Part shown: positions 14,611 through 29,522 of the stretch, piece after piece
How the letters are laid out: every line of letters begins with the position of its first letter
Position numbering within the stretch: the first letter of the stretch is position 1
Assembly: GCA_964016885.1 (NCBI GenBank)
Contig: OZ024749.1
Coordinates: 22,444,001-22,508,000, forward strand
Direction: 5' to 3'
DNA: 64,000 nt
Origin: Eledone cirrhosa
Taxonomy: Eukaryota
Notes under the pieces: model-generated
Seen by the model: the letters and a program-made list of their open reading frames with translations, nothing else
The model's database searches: none
What the model was told of the DNA's origin: nothing
Position numbers and translations under genes: made by a program

Positions 14611-14705
14611 AGAGAGAGTAGCGAGAGTAGAGCGGGGGGAGGGAGAGAGATGTTCATTCCATGCCTCACCACCACCACCACCACACAAGACTCGACAGAG
14701 AGAGA

Positions 14706-14800
<95 letters not shown>

Positions 14801-15394
14801 TGACTGAAAACTTTGGACTAAAAGCAGACACGGAAAGCTCTCATTATTATAGCTTTGCACTATCAATGCCGAGCTGCAAATAACTATGAGAAGGAAATAA
14901 TGAAGCAAGAAGCTAAGATCAAGTGTCTTTATGTTGCTGTTGATGATGATGATGATGGTAGGGGGTGCTGGACCTCCGTCAGTTTAGTTGATGAGTGTTC
15001 CTGTTATTCGCATAACACAAAACTGCCTGCTCTGCCTATAACATTGATCTGTAAGTGGTTGAGTATTCCTCATACATGTCTGGATTTCGCTTCGTAATTC
15101 TCAGAAAGATTCAGCGTCACGCAGTGTTTTACAAAAGCTGGATCTTTTGAATTATAGGTACAGTCCCACCAACCGTCGGACTTCCAAACAGTCTCTGTCA
15201 CAAGGCGTATGGTAAATCACACGGGACTATGGCAAATCACACTTACCCACGATTTCAAGTAGTGTGAACCTCTTAACAATAAAACCAAGCTGTGTCGACA
15301 TTGTTATACGTTAGTGTAATTTATTTACAGTAAATTGATCTTTATGATAGTAAGAATAAATTAATAGAATAAGACAAAAAAAAAATTAGATTGA

Positions 15395-15850
15395 GAAGCT
15401 TCTTCTTCTCCGGACGAGTTTACACTCGCAAAGATTCAGCACGCTTTCTTCAATCGTCTCGGTCAAGCATGACATTTCTCAGTTCATCGATGTTATCAAT
15501 GTTGGCATTTCTCAGCAGGGTATCAATGAATGAGACGGCCTGTCTTCCCACGTTTCTTCGTCCGACTGCCGGTTTCTAGAGCACAAGTTGTGGTGCTATC
15601 TCTTCTGGATGACGGATGCAGTGCCCGCCAGTTTCATTCGTATGCAGGCAACTTTTTTTGAGACTGGTGGTAGTGATCTGTATAGTTCCTTATTTGTCAG
15701 CTTCTGTTTCCAAGAAATGTTGAGAGCCATTCTCAACAACCTCGTGTAACATCCATCAAGTCTCTTGCATAGCACTTTGTCAATAGTCAACGTTTCACTG
15801 CCGTAAAGCAGGACGAACTCAAAAGTTGCTAGGAAGAGGCGCTCCTTAAT
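15395..15850 (-). mobile_element. RTE-clade LINE 3' fragment, decayed
   Basis: LDGCYTRLLRMALNISWKQKLTNKELY..RMKLAG, followed by GRRNVGRQ..DRDD with stops and frameshifts; typical RTE C-terminus. Confidence 0.75.
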
Positions 15851-15864
15851 TTTGCGGTTGAGAA

Positions 15865-16200
15865 GAAAGAATGAAATATAAAATAAGAAAACATAGAAAA
15901 ACGGAGAAAGAATGGGAAGATAAGGGCTCTAGTGACACAGAGAATGGGAAGGAGAAGGGGGATGGTGATTGGGCTCTGGGCCTAGGGAGCGGCGTTAATG
16001 AGGTTGCGCCACGCTGAAAAAAACGCAAACCATTCCCGCCGACTATGGCCAGCGACACTCGTTGCAACAGCCACCCAGGCTCAGGAGCCTCTTCCCTGAG
16101 ACGAGCCGTCGACACTCCGCTCTTGCGGAGGAACTCGACAGTGCGTGGTCCAAGTAAGCCTGAGGTCTGGACGGCGACTGGTGCGAAGAGGAAGCAGCTG
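15865..16200 (-). mobile_element. CRE-clade-like non-LTR retrotransposon 3' end
   Basis: In-frame FAPVAVQTSGLLGPRTVEFL..LLQRVSLAIVGGN matches the F.P.A.ET.G..G..FL..QR.S.A..RGN C-terminus of CRE-type REL proteins. Confidence 0.65.
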
Positions 16201-16568
16201 TTATACTATTATATCAATGACAACAGACAACAAAGCAAATAACCACATCATTTTCAATTTCTTCAGTTCTCAGCTAGCCGGTCCTTGTCATGTCACAATA
16301 TACGCAGACAATAACCAGTCGATAGCCATTTTAGTCGGGCAATCTGCCAACATTTTGACATAAGAAATTGAGAATTGGCAGGTATAAACATATTACCGGA
16401 CACGAAATATTTTCAAACTATTGCAGTTATAATAATTTGGGACATCCTTGTTTAGACAGACAACGAGATTGAGTAATGAGAAGAGAAACTATACAGTAGT
16501 CTGATAGACACTGCACACACTCGTTCACGTATATGTATATATGAATACAAATATAAATGCAAATATAA

Positions 16569-16596
<28 letters not shown>

Positions 16597-16599
<3 letters not shown>

Positions 16600-16740
16600 A
16601 AATAACAGATTAAAGTTTAAGCAAAGAATCGCTGCTTTCATTCTTACGGGATCTTCTGAAACTAACTTCGTTAGTTTCAGAAGATCCCGTTAAGAGTGAA
16701 AGCAGCGATTCTTTGCTTAAACTTTAATCTGTTATTTTAA
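16597..16740. repeat. Foldback with ~70-bp arms
   Basis: Inverted repeat centred on GAAACTAAC-TTC-GTTAGTTTC. A solo arm occurs at 23826-23895. Confidence 0.85.
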
Positions 16741-17016
16741 TAAATATTTGCATATGAAAAGATTCAGATTTATATATATATATCTTTCTCTATAAATCTG
16801 AATCTTTTTTTGCTTGTGATTTTTTGCTTGTGTCTTTTACTTTTACTTATACCTATTACACTTCCAACCAGTGCTGCCTGTAATTGTGTTATTTCAAGCG
16901 GTACATCTTTTTAACTCCCGACTCACCACATGATGCCTTTGACACTAATAACAACTATGTACCCTAAATGTTCTAAATGACTAGGATTCTAGTTAGACGT
17001 TTTCGACATTCCTCAT

Positions 17017-17056
17017 GCTCCGATGATTCCTTCCTCTCGAAGAAACAATTGTCAGC
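17017..17056 (+). ncRNA. Minimal hammerhead-like motif with CCGATGA core
   Basis: GCT-CCGATGA-TTC..GAA-GAAAC-AATT-GTC-AGC, followed by AATAAA. Confidence 0.55.
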
Positions 17057-17103
17057 TAATAAATGTTCTAAACTAAAATTTGATCGTTTTAACACCTTGT
17101 ATA

Positions 17104-17557
17104 TCTATATATATATAAACTTGCATTCCTGTTTGTTTGTTTGTACACGGACTACTCCTATGGTTTTGGAGATAGACCCCCATAACTATATATTCTGAAA
17201 CTACATTGCTCAAAGTATATTTCATTTTAATCAAAGGGGTCCCCTTCGATTTATATGAAATTTAAACCATAGGTAAATGTCAAGATATGATGCCTATTCA
17301 CACAAGTTTTGAATTGATATTTTGAACAAAATTATTTACAGGAAACAAAATAAGAATAAGATTTAATAATGTAATTTTGATTTGATATATTACAAAAAAT
17401 AATGTTTTCCAATTTTTCATATTTTTCATGCATTGAGAAATATTGAAATGCAAAGTTTTTTTTCCATAAATTATATCACTGATTTAAAATCAATCATCAT
17501 TTTCTTACAAAAAAAAAATAATGTGTGAAACGCAGCAAGGGGCGGGTAATTCGGCTA

Positions 17558-17558
<1 letters not shown>
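17104..17558 (+). mobile_element. Non-autonomous Helitron
   Basis: A|TCTATATATATATAAA start, (GTTT)n near the 5' end, GC-rich subterminal sequence and CTAG|T end. Confidence 0.7.
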
Positions 17559-17607
<49 letters not shown>

Positions 17608-18415
17608 TTGTATTTATATTCTTCATAAATCCGTTTGCTTATTCAATGAGGTATGTGTATCTAGCAAAGTCTGTTACAGGGTGCTAACAAAGTGTGTATG
17701 TACATATATATATGTTATTTATATTTGCTTATTTGTTTGTGTGTGTATGTGTGTATGTATGTATGTATATATGTATGTCTGTATATAAAGACTACAACTG
17801 GAAGAAATATCAGTACCTTAACGTTAGTTAGCAAGGTTTTTCTATCTCTCAGCGTTGATTCTAAACATCTCCAATAGTCAAGACCTCTGGCAGAAGAGAT
17901 CAAGATTCGACTCCATCAAACTCACCTCCCACGTCTATTATAATAGAAACATAAAATCATATAATTTATAAAACGAAACATTCGATGGAGCCCACATGAC
18001 TCCCTTCGTCCTCCCACTCCCTCTCCTTCTTCCCGAATATTCCACATCCATTGCCAGCCATTTTGATTTTATATTTTATATACCAGATCTTTCTGCGTCG
18101 TCAGTTTGTTTTAGTCCTATCCACAACATGAAAGTAGATAGGAAAAAGATTCCCAAATGCACTGAGGAAGCTGAAATATTTGAATTTTCAGCATCACCAA
18201 TCACAAAACCATCGGTTCTAGATGCTGGATTAGTTTACTTAGGAGTTTGTTTTATTCATATATGTATTCATATTTTTTTTACATTTTCGGTTCGGTTTGT
18301 TTTCAAACATGAGCAAAATAAGTATCAGTTCCATTTCTCTCTCTCTCACCCTCTCTCTCTCTCTCTCACTCTATCTTTCTCTCTCTCCCACTCTCTCACT
18401 TTCTCTCCCTTTCTC

Positions 18416-18458
<43 letters not shown>

Positions 18459-18504
18459 TATATATATATCTATATCTATACATACTATATATATATAGGT
18501 ATAT

Positions 18505-18566
<62 letters not shown>

Positions 18567-18964
18567 CCCCCTATCCACCATCTCTCTCTATCTATCAATC
18601 TCTCTGTTCACCTTTCTTTTCTGGGTTTCAAAACATCTTCAACTTTTTGCACTGGCAGAAAACACGCACATAAAAAAGCACACACAGAAAGAAAAAAGAC
18701 AAAAAAACAGACTTGAGAAAAGACGTGATCCACCCATTTATCTTCAAGCATCATTTATTTAAGTTCACCATGCGAGAAATTCTTAGACCATTAACGATTC
18801 TCAAGCAGCACCTTCATGTAGTGTATCATGGAGATAGCAACAAGCCTGAGAGTTTTGGGATAAAGTATATCACTTTAATCGCAGAAACCAGACTATGAGC
18901 TTATATGTATTATGCATTATGGCACCAACGCGCGGCTATAGGAGCAAGGGTGACATTAAAATAT

Positions 18965-19012
<48 letters not shown>

Positions 19013-19079
19013 TATGTATTTATATAGAAACATGATATATAGATGTGAAAATATATATCCACACATTCACACACTATAT

Positions 19080-19267
<188 letters not shown>

Positions 19268-19341
19268 TTATATGCATATGTATTTATATAGAAATATGAT
19301 ATATAGATGTGCAAATATATATACACACATACACACCACAC

Positions 19342-19399
<58 letters not shown>

Positions 19400-19505
19400 G
19401 TATATATATATATACCTATATATATATATGTATATATATATTCACATATACACACACATACACACACATATATATATATGTATATAGTATATATGTGCAA
19501 CTCAT

Positions 19506-19584
<79 letters not shown>

Positions 19585-19983
19585 ATCTATGCATTAAACT
19601 CACTTGGGAGGCAAAAACACTTGGAGATCCACGAAGAGACATGGCTGACTCTTCTTAACGAGTATGTAACATCGAAAATACATCGGTGATGATGATATCA
19701 CATCACTGTTGAGGCGAATAACAATACGGATAAGAAGAAAATGGCTGCTAAAATAATATACAAGAACGGGTAGGCTAAATATGAACTTTGATCTAAAATC
19801 CATAACAAATTCTAGATAAGTGATACTATTTTTTATTTATCTTTTATATTTTGTTAGTCATATTTTCTTGCTTTGGTTAGCTTTTCTTTCTTCACGAAAG
19901 ACGTCTCTGTGAGAGGAATTGAAGAACTTTCTTCAAACAGAAATGTCGAAACAAAATATGATATGGCAAATTTATTTCAAGAA

Positions 19984-20020
<37 letters not shown>

Positions 20021-20404
20021 TATATACACATACATCATATATACTTATATATATATACGTACATAAATACGTACATATATGCATACAATCACATACACAC
20101 AGACACACGCACACACACACATATATATATATAGTTATATATATTATATTATATTATATTTTATATACACATATATTTTTATATATGTGTGTAAGCACAT
20201 ATAATATGTGTGTGTAAGCACACGTAGACGGACACACTCACACACACGGATATATTATTTATCTATTACACACACACACACACATATAATATATATATAT
20301 ATACGCACATACACACGTAAATCCATAAAAGGCGTGATGATAAGAATGGCAGAAGCTGACCTCGGCTTTTTATGAGATATTCTAGTTGTCACATAGACAA
20401 CCCT

Positions 20405-20454
20405 GCTACAACAACAACAACAGCAACAACAGCACCACCAACAACAACAACAGC

Positions 20455-20485
<31 letters not shown>

Positions 20486-20847
20486 CCATCACCACCACCA
20501 ACACCACCGCCACCACCAACAGCACAACCACCAACAGCAGCAGCAGCACCACCACCACCACCACCACCACAACCACCACCAACACCACCACCACCACCAC
20601 CACCACCACCACAACCACCAACAGCACCGCCACCACCAACACCACTACCACCACCACCACCACCACCGCCAACACCACCACCACCACCACCACCACCACC
20701 ACCACCAACAACACCACCACCACCACCACCACCACCACCAACAGCACCACCACCACCACCACCAGCACCACCAGCACCACCACCACCACCACCAGCACCA
20801 CCACCAGCACCAGCACCAGCACCACCACCACCACCAGCACCAGCACC

Positions 20848-20878
<31 letters not shown>

Positions 20879-21049
20879 CCACCACCACCACCACCACCAG
20901 CACCAGCACCACCACCACCACCAGCACCAGCACCATCAGCACCACCACCACCACCACCACCACCACCAACAGCACCACCACCACCACGGCCTACATCATC
21001 GCCACCACAACACCACCACCACAACACGACCCCCCCCCCCCCCCCTACC

Positions 21050-21080
<31 letters not shown>

Positions 21081-21140
21081 CCACCACCACCAACAACAAC
21101 ACCACCACCACACCACCTACAACAACAATCACAATCACAG
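20405..21140. repeat. (ACC/ACA/AGC)n trinucleotide repeat field
   Basis: Directly visible; it generates the long low-complexity ORFs here. Confidence 0.95.
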
Positions 21141-21209
21141 CGGAACTGTTCTTCATATTGTCATTTTTCTCTGCTTTTACTGATTTTTTTTCGTACAAAT
21201 ATTTATTTA

Positions 21210-21794
21210 TTGGTCTCTCTCACTCTCACTCTCTCTCACTCTCTCTCACTCTCTCTCACTCTCTCTCTCTCTCTCACTCTCACTCTCTCTCACTCTTTCG
21301 CACTCTCACTCTCACTCTCTCTCTCTCTCACTCTCACTCTCTCTCTGTCACTCTGTCACTCTCTCTGTCACTCTCTCTCTCTCTCACTCTCACACTCTTT
21401 CTTCCACCCTCTCTCTTTTCTCTCTCTCTCTCTTCCACCCTCTCCATTTTCCCTCTCTCTCTCACTCTCTATTCCACCCCTCTCTCTTTCCTCTCTCTTT
21501 CTTCCACTCCTCTCTCACTTCTTACACACACACGCACACACACTCACACATATCTTCTCTGTCTCTTACATGTACACACTTTCCTCCTATCACACACTCT
21601 CTCTCTTTCTCTCTCTATCTCTCTCTTCTATCCCTCTCTCTTTTCTCTTTCTTTCATCTCACTATCTTTTCTCTCTCTCTCTCTCCTTCTCTCTGTTACA
21701 CACACACACACCTTTCTGTCTGTTACACACACACACTTTCTCTCTCCTTCTTTCTGTCTCACACACACACACACTTTCTCTCTCCTTCTTTCTG

Positions 21795-21852
<58 letters not shown>

Positions 21853-22090
21853 TCTCTCTCCTTCTTTCTGTTTCACACACACACACACACTTTCCTCTCC
21901 TTCTTTCTGTCTCTCACAAACACACACACACACACACACAATTTCTCTCTCCTTCTTTCTGTCTCACACACACACACACACTTTCTCTCTCCTTCTTTCT
22001 GTCTCACACACACACACATTCTCTCTCCTTCTTTCTGTCTCACACACACAAACACTCTTTCTCTCTCCTTCTTTCTGTCTCTTACACGTA
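21210..22090. repeat. (CT)n/(CA)n compound minisatellite with unit CTTTCTCTCTCCTTCTTTCTGTCT(CA)n
   Basis: Unit repeated about 8 times in 21730-22085. Confidence 0.85.
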
Positions 22091-22192
22091 CACACTCCTC
22101 CCCCTATCACTCTCTCACAATCTCTTAGAATATATCCATATATTTGATGTTTCTTTAAATGCTAACGAAAACAGCCTGAAAGGTAGGTAGGC

Positions 22193-22263
<71 letters not shown>

Positions 22264-22343
22264 CGAGAGAGAGAGAGAGAGATAGAACGTATGTGTGTGT
22301 GTATGTGTGTGAGTTTGTGTGATAGGGAGAAATCATGTACACC

Positions 22344-22415
22344 CAGCATGATCAACCTTTTTCAAGCCAGGGGCCGCATAGAATGTGGCTCATCATAAGA
22401 CGGGGGCCGCACTAC
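22344..22415 (+). mobile_element. Possible hAT/Charlie-type DNA transposon terminus
   Basis: CAG..TGATCAACCTTTTT..AGGGCCGCA..GGGGGCCGCA resembles Charlie/MER-type ends. Confidence 0.35.
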
Positions 22416-22516
22416 TAACATGAGGCTAGCGAGCCCCAGTTTACCCATAACTGTTCGACACAGTCATTTTACCCACTAGAAAAAAGCCCTTTAATAAAGA
22501 AATGTGTCAGACTAAA

Positions 22517-22698
22517 TAATTGTTTCTACTTTTGGCACAAGGCCAGCAATTATTCCAGTACATTACTGGTAATTTATTTTATCGACCCAGTAAGGATGAA
22601 AAGCAAAGTGAACTTCGGAGGGATTTGAACCCAGACTATAAAGGGGCGTAACTCTAGGCTGCAAAGCATGGCGTCCGACCTTCTACCGATATTGCCAA
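22517..22698 (-). mobile_element. tRNA-derived SINE
   Basis: Same family as 23244-23432; B-box GGTTCAAATCC on the minus strand. Confidence 0.85.
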
Positions 22699-22827
22699 AA
22701 TAATGTAGTCAGCTGACTGAAAAAGAAAGTCGAACAAGAGAGAATGAACGGTTTTGATCATATATTGCTCTGTCAGCTCTCATAATTTGATAAAGAAAAA
22801 AATTATTATCTTGTGTGTTGGTGTGTG

Positions 22828-23016
<189 letters not shown>

Positions 23017-23064
23017 TAAAACATGTCTATAGAATCAGAAGATAAAATATATACCATATATATA

Positions 23065-23116
<52 letters not shown>

Positions 23117-23243
23117 TATGAAGCTAAACGACAAGAGATGTGCAGTCCACACAATGAGCGGTCGACTGTGATGCAAGTAAAATGAAGCGCTGAACGACCT
23201 CTATAAATGGTACAAGCCGGAGGATTATGTATATATATATAAA

Positions 23244-23432
23244 GGCGGTGGATTGGTAGTATCAGTAGGAAGGTCAGACACGATGCTTTTCAGCATAGAG
23301 TTACCTCCTTTTATGGTCTGAGTTCAAATCCCGCCGAGGTTAACTTTGCCTTTCATCCTTACGGGGTCGATAAAATAAAGTACCAGTAATGCACTGGGTA
23401 ATTGCTGGCCTTGTGCCAAAAGTAGAAACAAA
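23244..23432 (+). mobile_element. tRNA-derived SINE (octopus-type)
   Basis: A-box-like TGGTAGTATCAG, B-box GAGTTCAAATCC, body CTTTGCCTTTCATCC..GGGGTCGATAAAATAAAGTACCAG. Six copies occur in the window. Confidence 0.85.
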
Positions 23433-24001
23433 TATATATCTATAACATAAAGCTGACGGCCGTATGTATGTAACAAACTTTTGGCCAAACGACTGGACCA
23501 AACAGCACCATATTTGCACCATAGATGTAACTTTTTCCAAGTAAAAAAGTGAGGGTATTGTTGTCTGCTGAATTTTGTTAAAAGATTAAAGACATTATTT
23601 AAATATTCACTTCTTTAAAATTTCAAATGCCAACACCTCCGGTTATACGACATTCCTCACTCTTTCTATGACGCCGCACAACATTCCTCTCTTTTTCTTG
23701 GTCTGTCTTTTTAGATAGATACATAGCTATAACGTCGTGCCTTATCATATGTCTCTGTATGTCTGCTGTCTGCATTAGATGATGTTTTTCGAAATATTTA
23801 CTTCTGCGTTCCCAGATTGATTTTTTAGTTTCAGAAGATCCCGTTAAGGGTGAAAGCAGCTATTCTTTGCTTAAACTTTAATCTGTTATTTTAATATATA
23901 TATTCGTGTACATATATCTTTGCATACACAAAAACAAAATATAAACAAACCTATTTATTTCACGAAAGCACAGATGGCTTATCGTCATTGTTACTGCCGA
24001 T

Positions 24002-24180
24002 ATGCCACCCAAAAAGTCCCAGCCTGGCCGCAAGATCAGATTTTCCAGAAGAAAAAAATGTTACTAGAGCAAGAGAGTCTGAAGATGATCATGAACGTCG
24101 CCTTCAGCAGATGAGGAATCAAGCCTGAGCCATTCTACCAGCCCAGTCTCTAGAGCAGCGCCAGTCTCGCCTTCAGCGAA
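24002..24180 (+). pseudogene. Possible Helitron RepHel N-terminal fragment (STPR-like repeats)
   Basis: MPPKKSQPGRK, then in a shifted frame ARESEDDHERRLQQMR..QSLEQRQSRLQR. Confidence 0.4.
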
Positions 24181-24269
24181 CACATATATATACCGAACAC
24201 ATCATATATACAAATGATGTGTTCGGTATATAAGAATGAAACTCATGTATGGTTTGCTAATTTGTTGTG

Positions 24270-24500
<231 letters not shown>

Positions 24501-25556
24501 GTATATGTATATCCCGGGTTCAATCGGGGTTACCCACGGTACGTAAAGTACTCGATACATAGCAGAGTATAAATATTTAATATAGAAATGCCTTCTACAG
24601 GACTAGAACTGTTTAGTTCGAAGGAAATCATCAGGAAACCCTGTTATGGTGGTACAATGTTTAACAGGGCTTGTCTATTGAATTACAACAAAGTGAAATA
24701 AAGTATCTTGTTTAAGGAGACAGCGCGGCACCTCATAACCATTGCGTCAAGCACCTTCATTATAAATAGGCATACAAACATGCACACGCATACATAAAAA
24801 AATACATACATTCATACAATCATACATAAACACAAAACACAAACATATGTAAATTTATACATACATACATTCATTCATACATTCATACAAACATACATAC
24901 ACACAAACATATATAAAATTATACATACATACACATATACGTACTTACATACATATATTCGTACATACATATATATACATACATATTTACATGCATACAT
25001 ACACACATAATAAATACATACATACATCCATACACACATACATACATACAAACATCCAAAGGAAGAAAGTCAAAGTGATAAACAACAACCGCAGCCAAAT
25101 TTCTTCGGGGTTTACACATTTAAAAACATGGGGTTACGAAAATAAATACCGCTGAAAGACATTCTAATTTTTGAAGTCGAAATATCTTCTGCGACATAGA
25201 ATCCATAATTAATACGGACGGAATTAATATCAGATACATTGGCAGAAAACCAATTTTTATAAGAAGAAACATTTGAAATACATATTTTTTGCATTTATCT
25301 GGATGTGAGCCACATTTGATCGCAACATAGTTTGAAATCCCCAAAAAATAACTTTCCAAAAATAACGCAAACATGTTGAGCAGTTTATTTGAGATTTCTA
25401 ACATGGCGGAAATTGTGTAGCCGATGATACAACGACTGAGCCTTTACGTGATAGAATGACCTCTTATATATGGGTTTTATCTCACATCACAGCCTTCTTT
25501 CTGGACATATACACAAAGGCATACACACACATGCACACATACACATGCACATGCAT

Positions 25557-25587
<31 letters not shown>

Positions 25588-25763
25588 CAAATATAAATTC
25601 AGCGAGTATCGTATTTCGGCGGGTAGGAATAAGCAAAACTCATGGAACTCATTTAACCATCTTTTGATCTTATATATTATGTATACTCTAGTCCTACAAA
25701 TTGTAGAGTGCTTCTAATCCGATATCTGCATTGCTTTATTGTACTACAATAAAACTCACCTCC

Positions 25764-26350
<587 letters not shown>

Positions 26351-26563
26351 CGTTTCTGAATTTGTTTAGCAAGATTCTTTATCTGAAATCGTGTGTTGAA
26401 ACCGATATTGTTATACTTTGGGAGGGTCATGTTGCCAATAAGAAACACACGCACCAGTTGCTTTCACTTCAATTTAATTTATTATATATTTATAAATTTA
26501 CAAATTTATAAATTTCTGGTTGGTTGGTTGGTTCCACAACCAGATAGTTGTTTATATATATAT

Positions 26564-26608
26564 AGTCATAGTTCTTTCGTCACACACTCTGTGACCTCTT
26601 CAGTGACT
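26564..26608 (-). ncRNA. Minimal type I hammerhead in pLTR
   Basis: Mirror copy of 28352-28396. Confidence 0.8.
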
Positions 26609-26836
26609 GGGGATTTCTTTCTTCGTTTCTGTGCCTTTCTTTTCTTCTATCCTCCGCCATTTTGTTTGTGTGTGGGTTGCGTGCTCAGTTTGCGCATGCG
26701 CCACATCCGGGTGTCTGTGTGTGTTTGTGTTCATTTTTCTATTTTTCTATTTATATTTTTCTATTTGTTTGTTTATTTATTTATTTATTGTTGGTTGGTT
26801 GTTTGTTCTATGTGTGTGTGTGTTTTCATTTTGTCC

Positions 26837-27451
26837 TTAATTGTAAGTTGTGATGTTGCTGTTCCACTCATATTTTCTATTTAATTTTGGTTTTAATTCT
26901 TTTATGCTTACTGCCTCTGTAATTTGCCTAAACATTGCGTCTTTCTTGTGTGTGGATTCTATTTTTATTTCTATGCTCTCTAATTTACCCCTGTGTTCTA
27001 TCTTAGCATGTTGGTAGAGCACAGATGATTCTTTATTATCTTGGAGGTCTCGCCAGTGTTCATTTATTCGTTCCCCTATACTACGAGCTGTCTCACCTAT
27101 GTACACTATATTTTTGTTTCTACATTGTCCTTCAGTACATCTTATGCTATATACTACATTTCTAGTTTTACAGTTAATATGGGGGCTTACTTTTTTACAG
27201 GTTATACATTTCTTATCTATACATGAGGGTCTTTGGAACGGGTATGTCTTGCTAATAAGTGTTTTTACGGAGGTACCAGGTCTTTCTACTATCTTAATAT
27301 TGAGATTATGTTTCTTTAGGGCCCTTCTAAATTTGTAGGCTAGTTCGCCTCTAGGGGTTGTATTGATATTGATGAACATTACACTCTGGTATTTATTGCT
27401 ATCATACCATGAGTTTATTTTATTGGCCTTGTTCTTAGTTCTTTCTATTCT
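26837..27451 (-). CDS. GIY-YIG endonuclease domain (5'-truncated PLE ORF), left arm
   Basis: C..C..C linker, CKTRNVVYSIRC, VYIGETARSIGERINEH, EAVSIK..P.LN. Confidence 0.8.
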   Translation of the reverse strand, partial: RIERTKNKANKINSWYDSNKYQSVMFININTTPRGELAYKFRRALKKHNLNIKIVERPGTSVKTLISKTYPFQRPSCIDKKCITCKKVSPHINCKTRNVVYSIRCTEGQCRNKNIVYIGETARSIGERINEHWRDLQDNKESSVLYQHAKIEHRGKLESIEIKIESTHKKDAMFRQITEAVSIKELKPKLNRKYEWNSNITTYN

Positions 27452-28046
27452 AGAATAGAAAGAACTAAGAATAAACTCATGGTATGATAGCAATAAATAC
27501 CAGAGTGTAATGTTCATCAATACAACCCCTAGAGGCGAACTAGCCTACAAATTTAGAAGGGCCCTAAAGAAACATAATCTCAATATTAAGATAGTAGAAA
27601 GACCTGGTACCTCCGTAAAAACACTTATTAGCAAGACATACCCGTTCCAAAGACCCTCATGTATAGATAAGAAATGTATAACCTGTAAAAAAATAAGCCC
27701 CCATATTAACTGTAAAACTAGAAATGTAGTATATAGCATAAGATGTACTGAAGGACAATGTAGAAACAAAAATATAGTGTACATAGGTGAGACAGCTCGT
27801 AGTATAGGGGAACGAATAAATGAACACTGGCGAGACCTCCAAGATAATAAAGAATCATCTGTGCTCTACCAACATGCTAAGATAGAACACAGGGGTAAAT
27901 TAGAGAGCATAGAAATAAAAATAGAATCCACACACAAGAAAGACGCAATGTTTAGGCAAATTACAGAGGCAGTAAGCATAAAAGAATTAAAACCAAAATT
28001 AAATAGAAAATATGAGTGGAACAGCAACATCACAACTTACAATTAA
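27452..28046 (+). CDS. GIY-YIG endonuclease domain (5'-truncated PLE ORF), right arm
   Basis: Near-identical to the left arm (ORF 27510..28046). Confidence 0.8.
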
Positions 28047-28249
28047 GGACAAAATGAAAACACACACACACATAGAACAAACAACTTACAATTGAAAACA
28101 CACACAAAATGAAAACACACACAAGACAAAATGAAAACACACACACACATAGAACAAACAACCAACCAACAATAAATAAATAAATAAACAAACAAATAGA
28201 AAAATATAAATAGAAAAATAGAAAAATGAACACAAACACACACAGACAC

Positions 28250-28305
28250 CCGGATGTGGCGCATGCGCAAACTGAGCACGCAACCCACACACAAACAAAA
28301 TGGCG
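28250..28305 (+). promoter_or_regulatory. ETS/NRF1/YY1-like motif cluster in pLTR
   Basis: CCGGATGT (28250), GCGCATGCGC (28259) and AAAATGGCG (28297), just upstream of the hammerhead; mirrored in the left arm. Confidence 0.4.
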
Positions 28306-28351
28306 TAGGATAGAAGAAAAGAAAGGCACAGAAACGAAGAAAGAAATCCCC

Positions 28352-28396
28352 AGTCACTGAAGAGGTCACAGAGTGTGTGACGAAAGAACTATGACT
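28352..28396 (+). ncRNA. Minimal type I hammerhead in pLTR
   Basis: AGTCA-CTGAAGA-G-GTCAC..GTGAC-GAAA-GAAC-TA-TGACT; stems I and II are fully paired. Confidence 0.8.
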
Positions 28397-28547
28397 ATAT
28401 ATATATAAACAACTATCTGGTTGTGGAACCAACCAACCAACCAGAAATTTATAAATTTGTAAATTTATAAATATATAATAAATTAAATTGAAGTGAAAGC
28501 AACTGGTGCGTGTGTTTCTTATTGGCAACATGACCCTCCCAAAGTAT

Positions 28548-28664
<117 letters not shown>

Positions 28665-29057
28665 AATACGATTCCCCCAAAATGTTTTTTTTTATGTATT
28701 AAGAAGCTTTTACAAGTAACTTATATATTATTTTAAAAATTTGGAGGTGAATAACAATTATTATCGAGTGGCTGTTATTTGCGGTATAGCGATATAAGGT
28801 GCGCTTACCAATGAAACGGTCGTAAATCTTGGCAGGGCTATAAAATTGAGGCCTGTTTGCATAATTGTAAACGAATCAAATGTTATTATTCATATTCGAA
28901 AATCTCAGATTACATATACTGTATTCAGCCATGCAGAGCGAAATTTTCTTCCGGGTTGAATCGGAGGTAACCACAGTAAGTAAAGTACTCAATATATTGA
29001 GTATAAAAGTTTTAATATAGAAGAGCTTATACAGGACTAGAACTGTTTATTTCGTGA

Positions 29058-29114
<57 letters not shown>

Positions 29115-29119
<5 letters not shown>

Positions 29120-29491
29120 CAAGAAAGAAGAGTGACACGGTTTGCTATACAAGAGCATGCTCTGATAAATTGACTGGTTATAACAATGTATTGGTGATTG
29201 ATTGACGCAGAAACATGCGGCTAGCGATCTCTAGACCTACCAATTCAGAGAAACAATTGTCAGCAATGTGATTAAAGCCCTTATTGTATAGCAAACTGTG
29301 TCACTCTTCTTTCCTGATTTAATTTTTACTCCAAGTGTAAACTACATAGAAATCACCGCGTACTCGCAGCATCACTATGGAAACGTCTTGTTGAGTCAAA
29401 CTTAGCCAAGCGTTAATACTATCCACTACTCGGAGTACCCTAACTGGGCTACATCTAAGTGCACTACCTATAACAATAATTTGTTATCCCG
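29115..29491 (+). mobile_element. Foldback + tail element with decayed hammerhead (GAAACAATTGTCAGC)
   Basis: Arms 29115-29157 and 29284-29321, then a tail running to (TA)n. Confidence 0.6.

Positions 29492-29522
<31 letters not shown>

Noticed and set aside
20372-22190. Long Pro-, Thr- or Gly-rich ORFs
   Set aside because: By-products of stop-free trinucleotide and dinucleotide repeats, open in several frames, with no domain signal.
23244-23340. tRNA gene
   Set aside because: A/B boxes belong to a SINE head; no cloverleaf.
23826-23870. CAGAAGA-TCCC..GGGT-GAAAGCAGCTA hammerhead-like string (also near 16680)
   Set aside because: Core mismatch and no stem I pairing.
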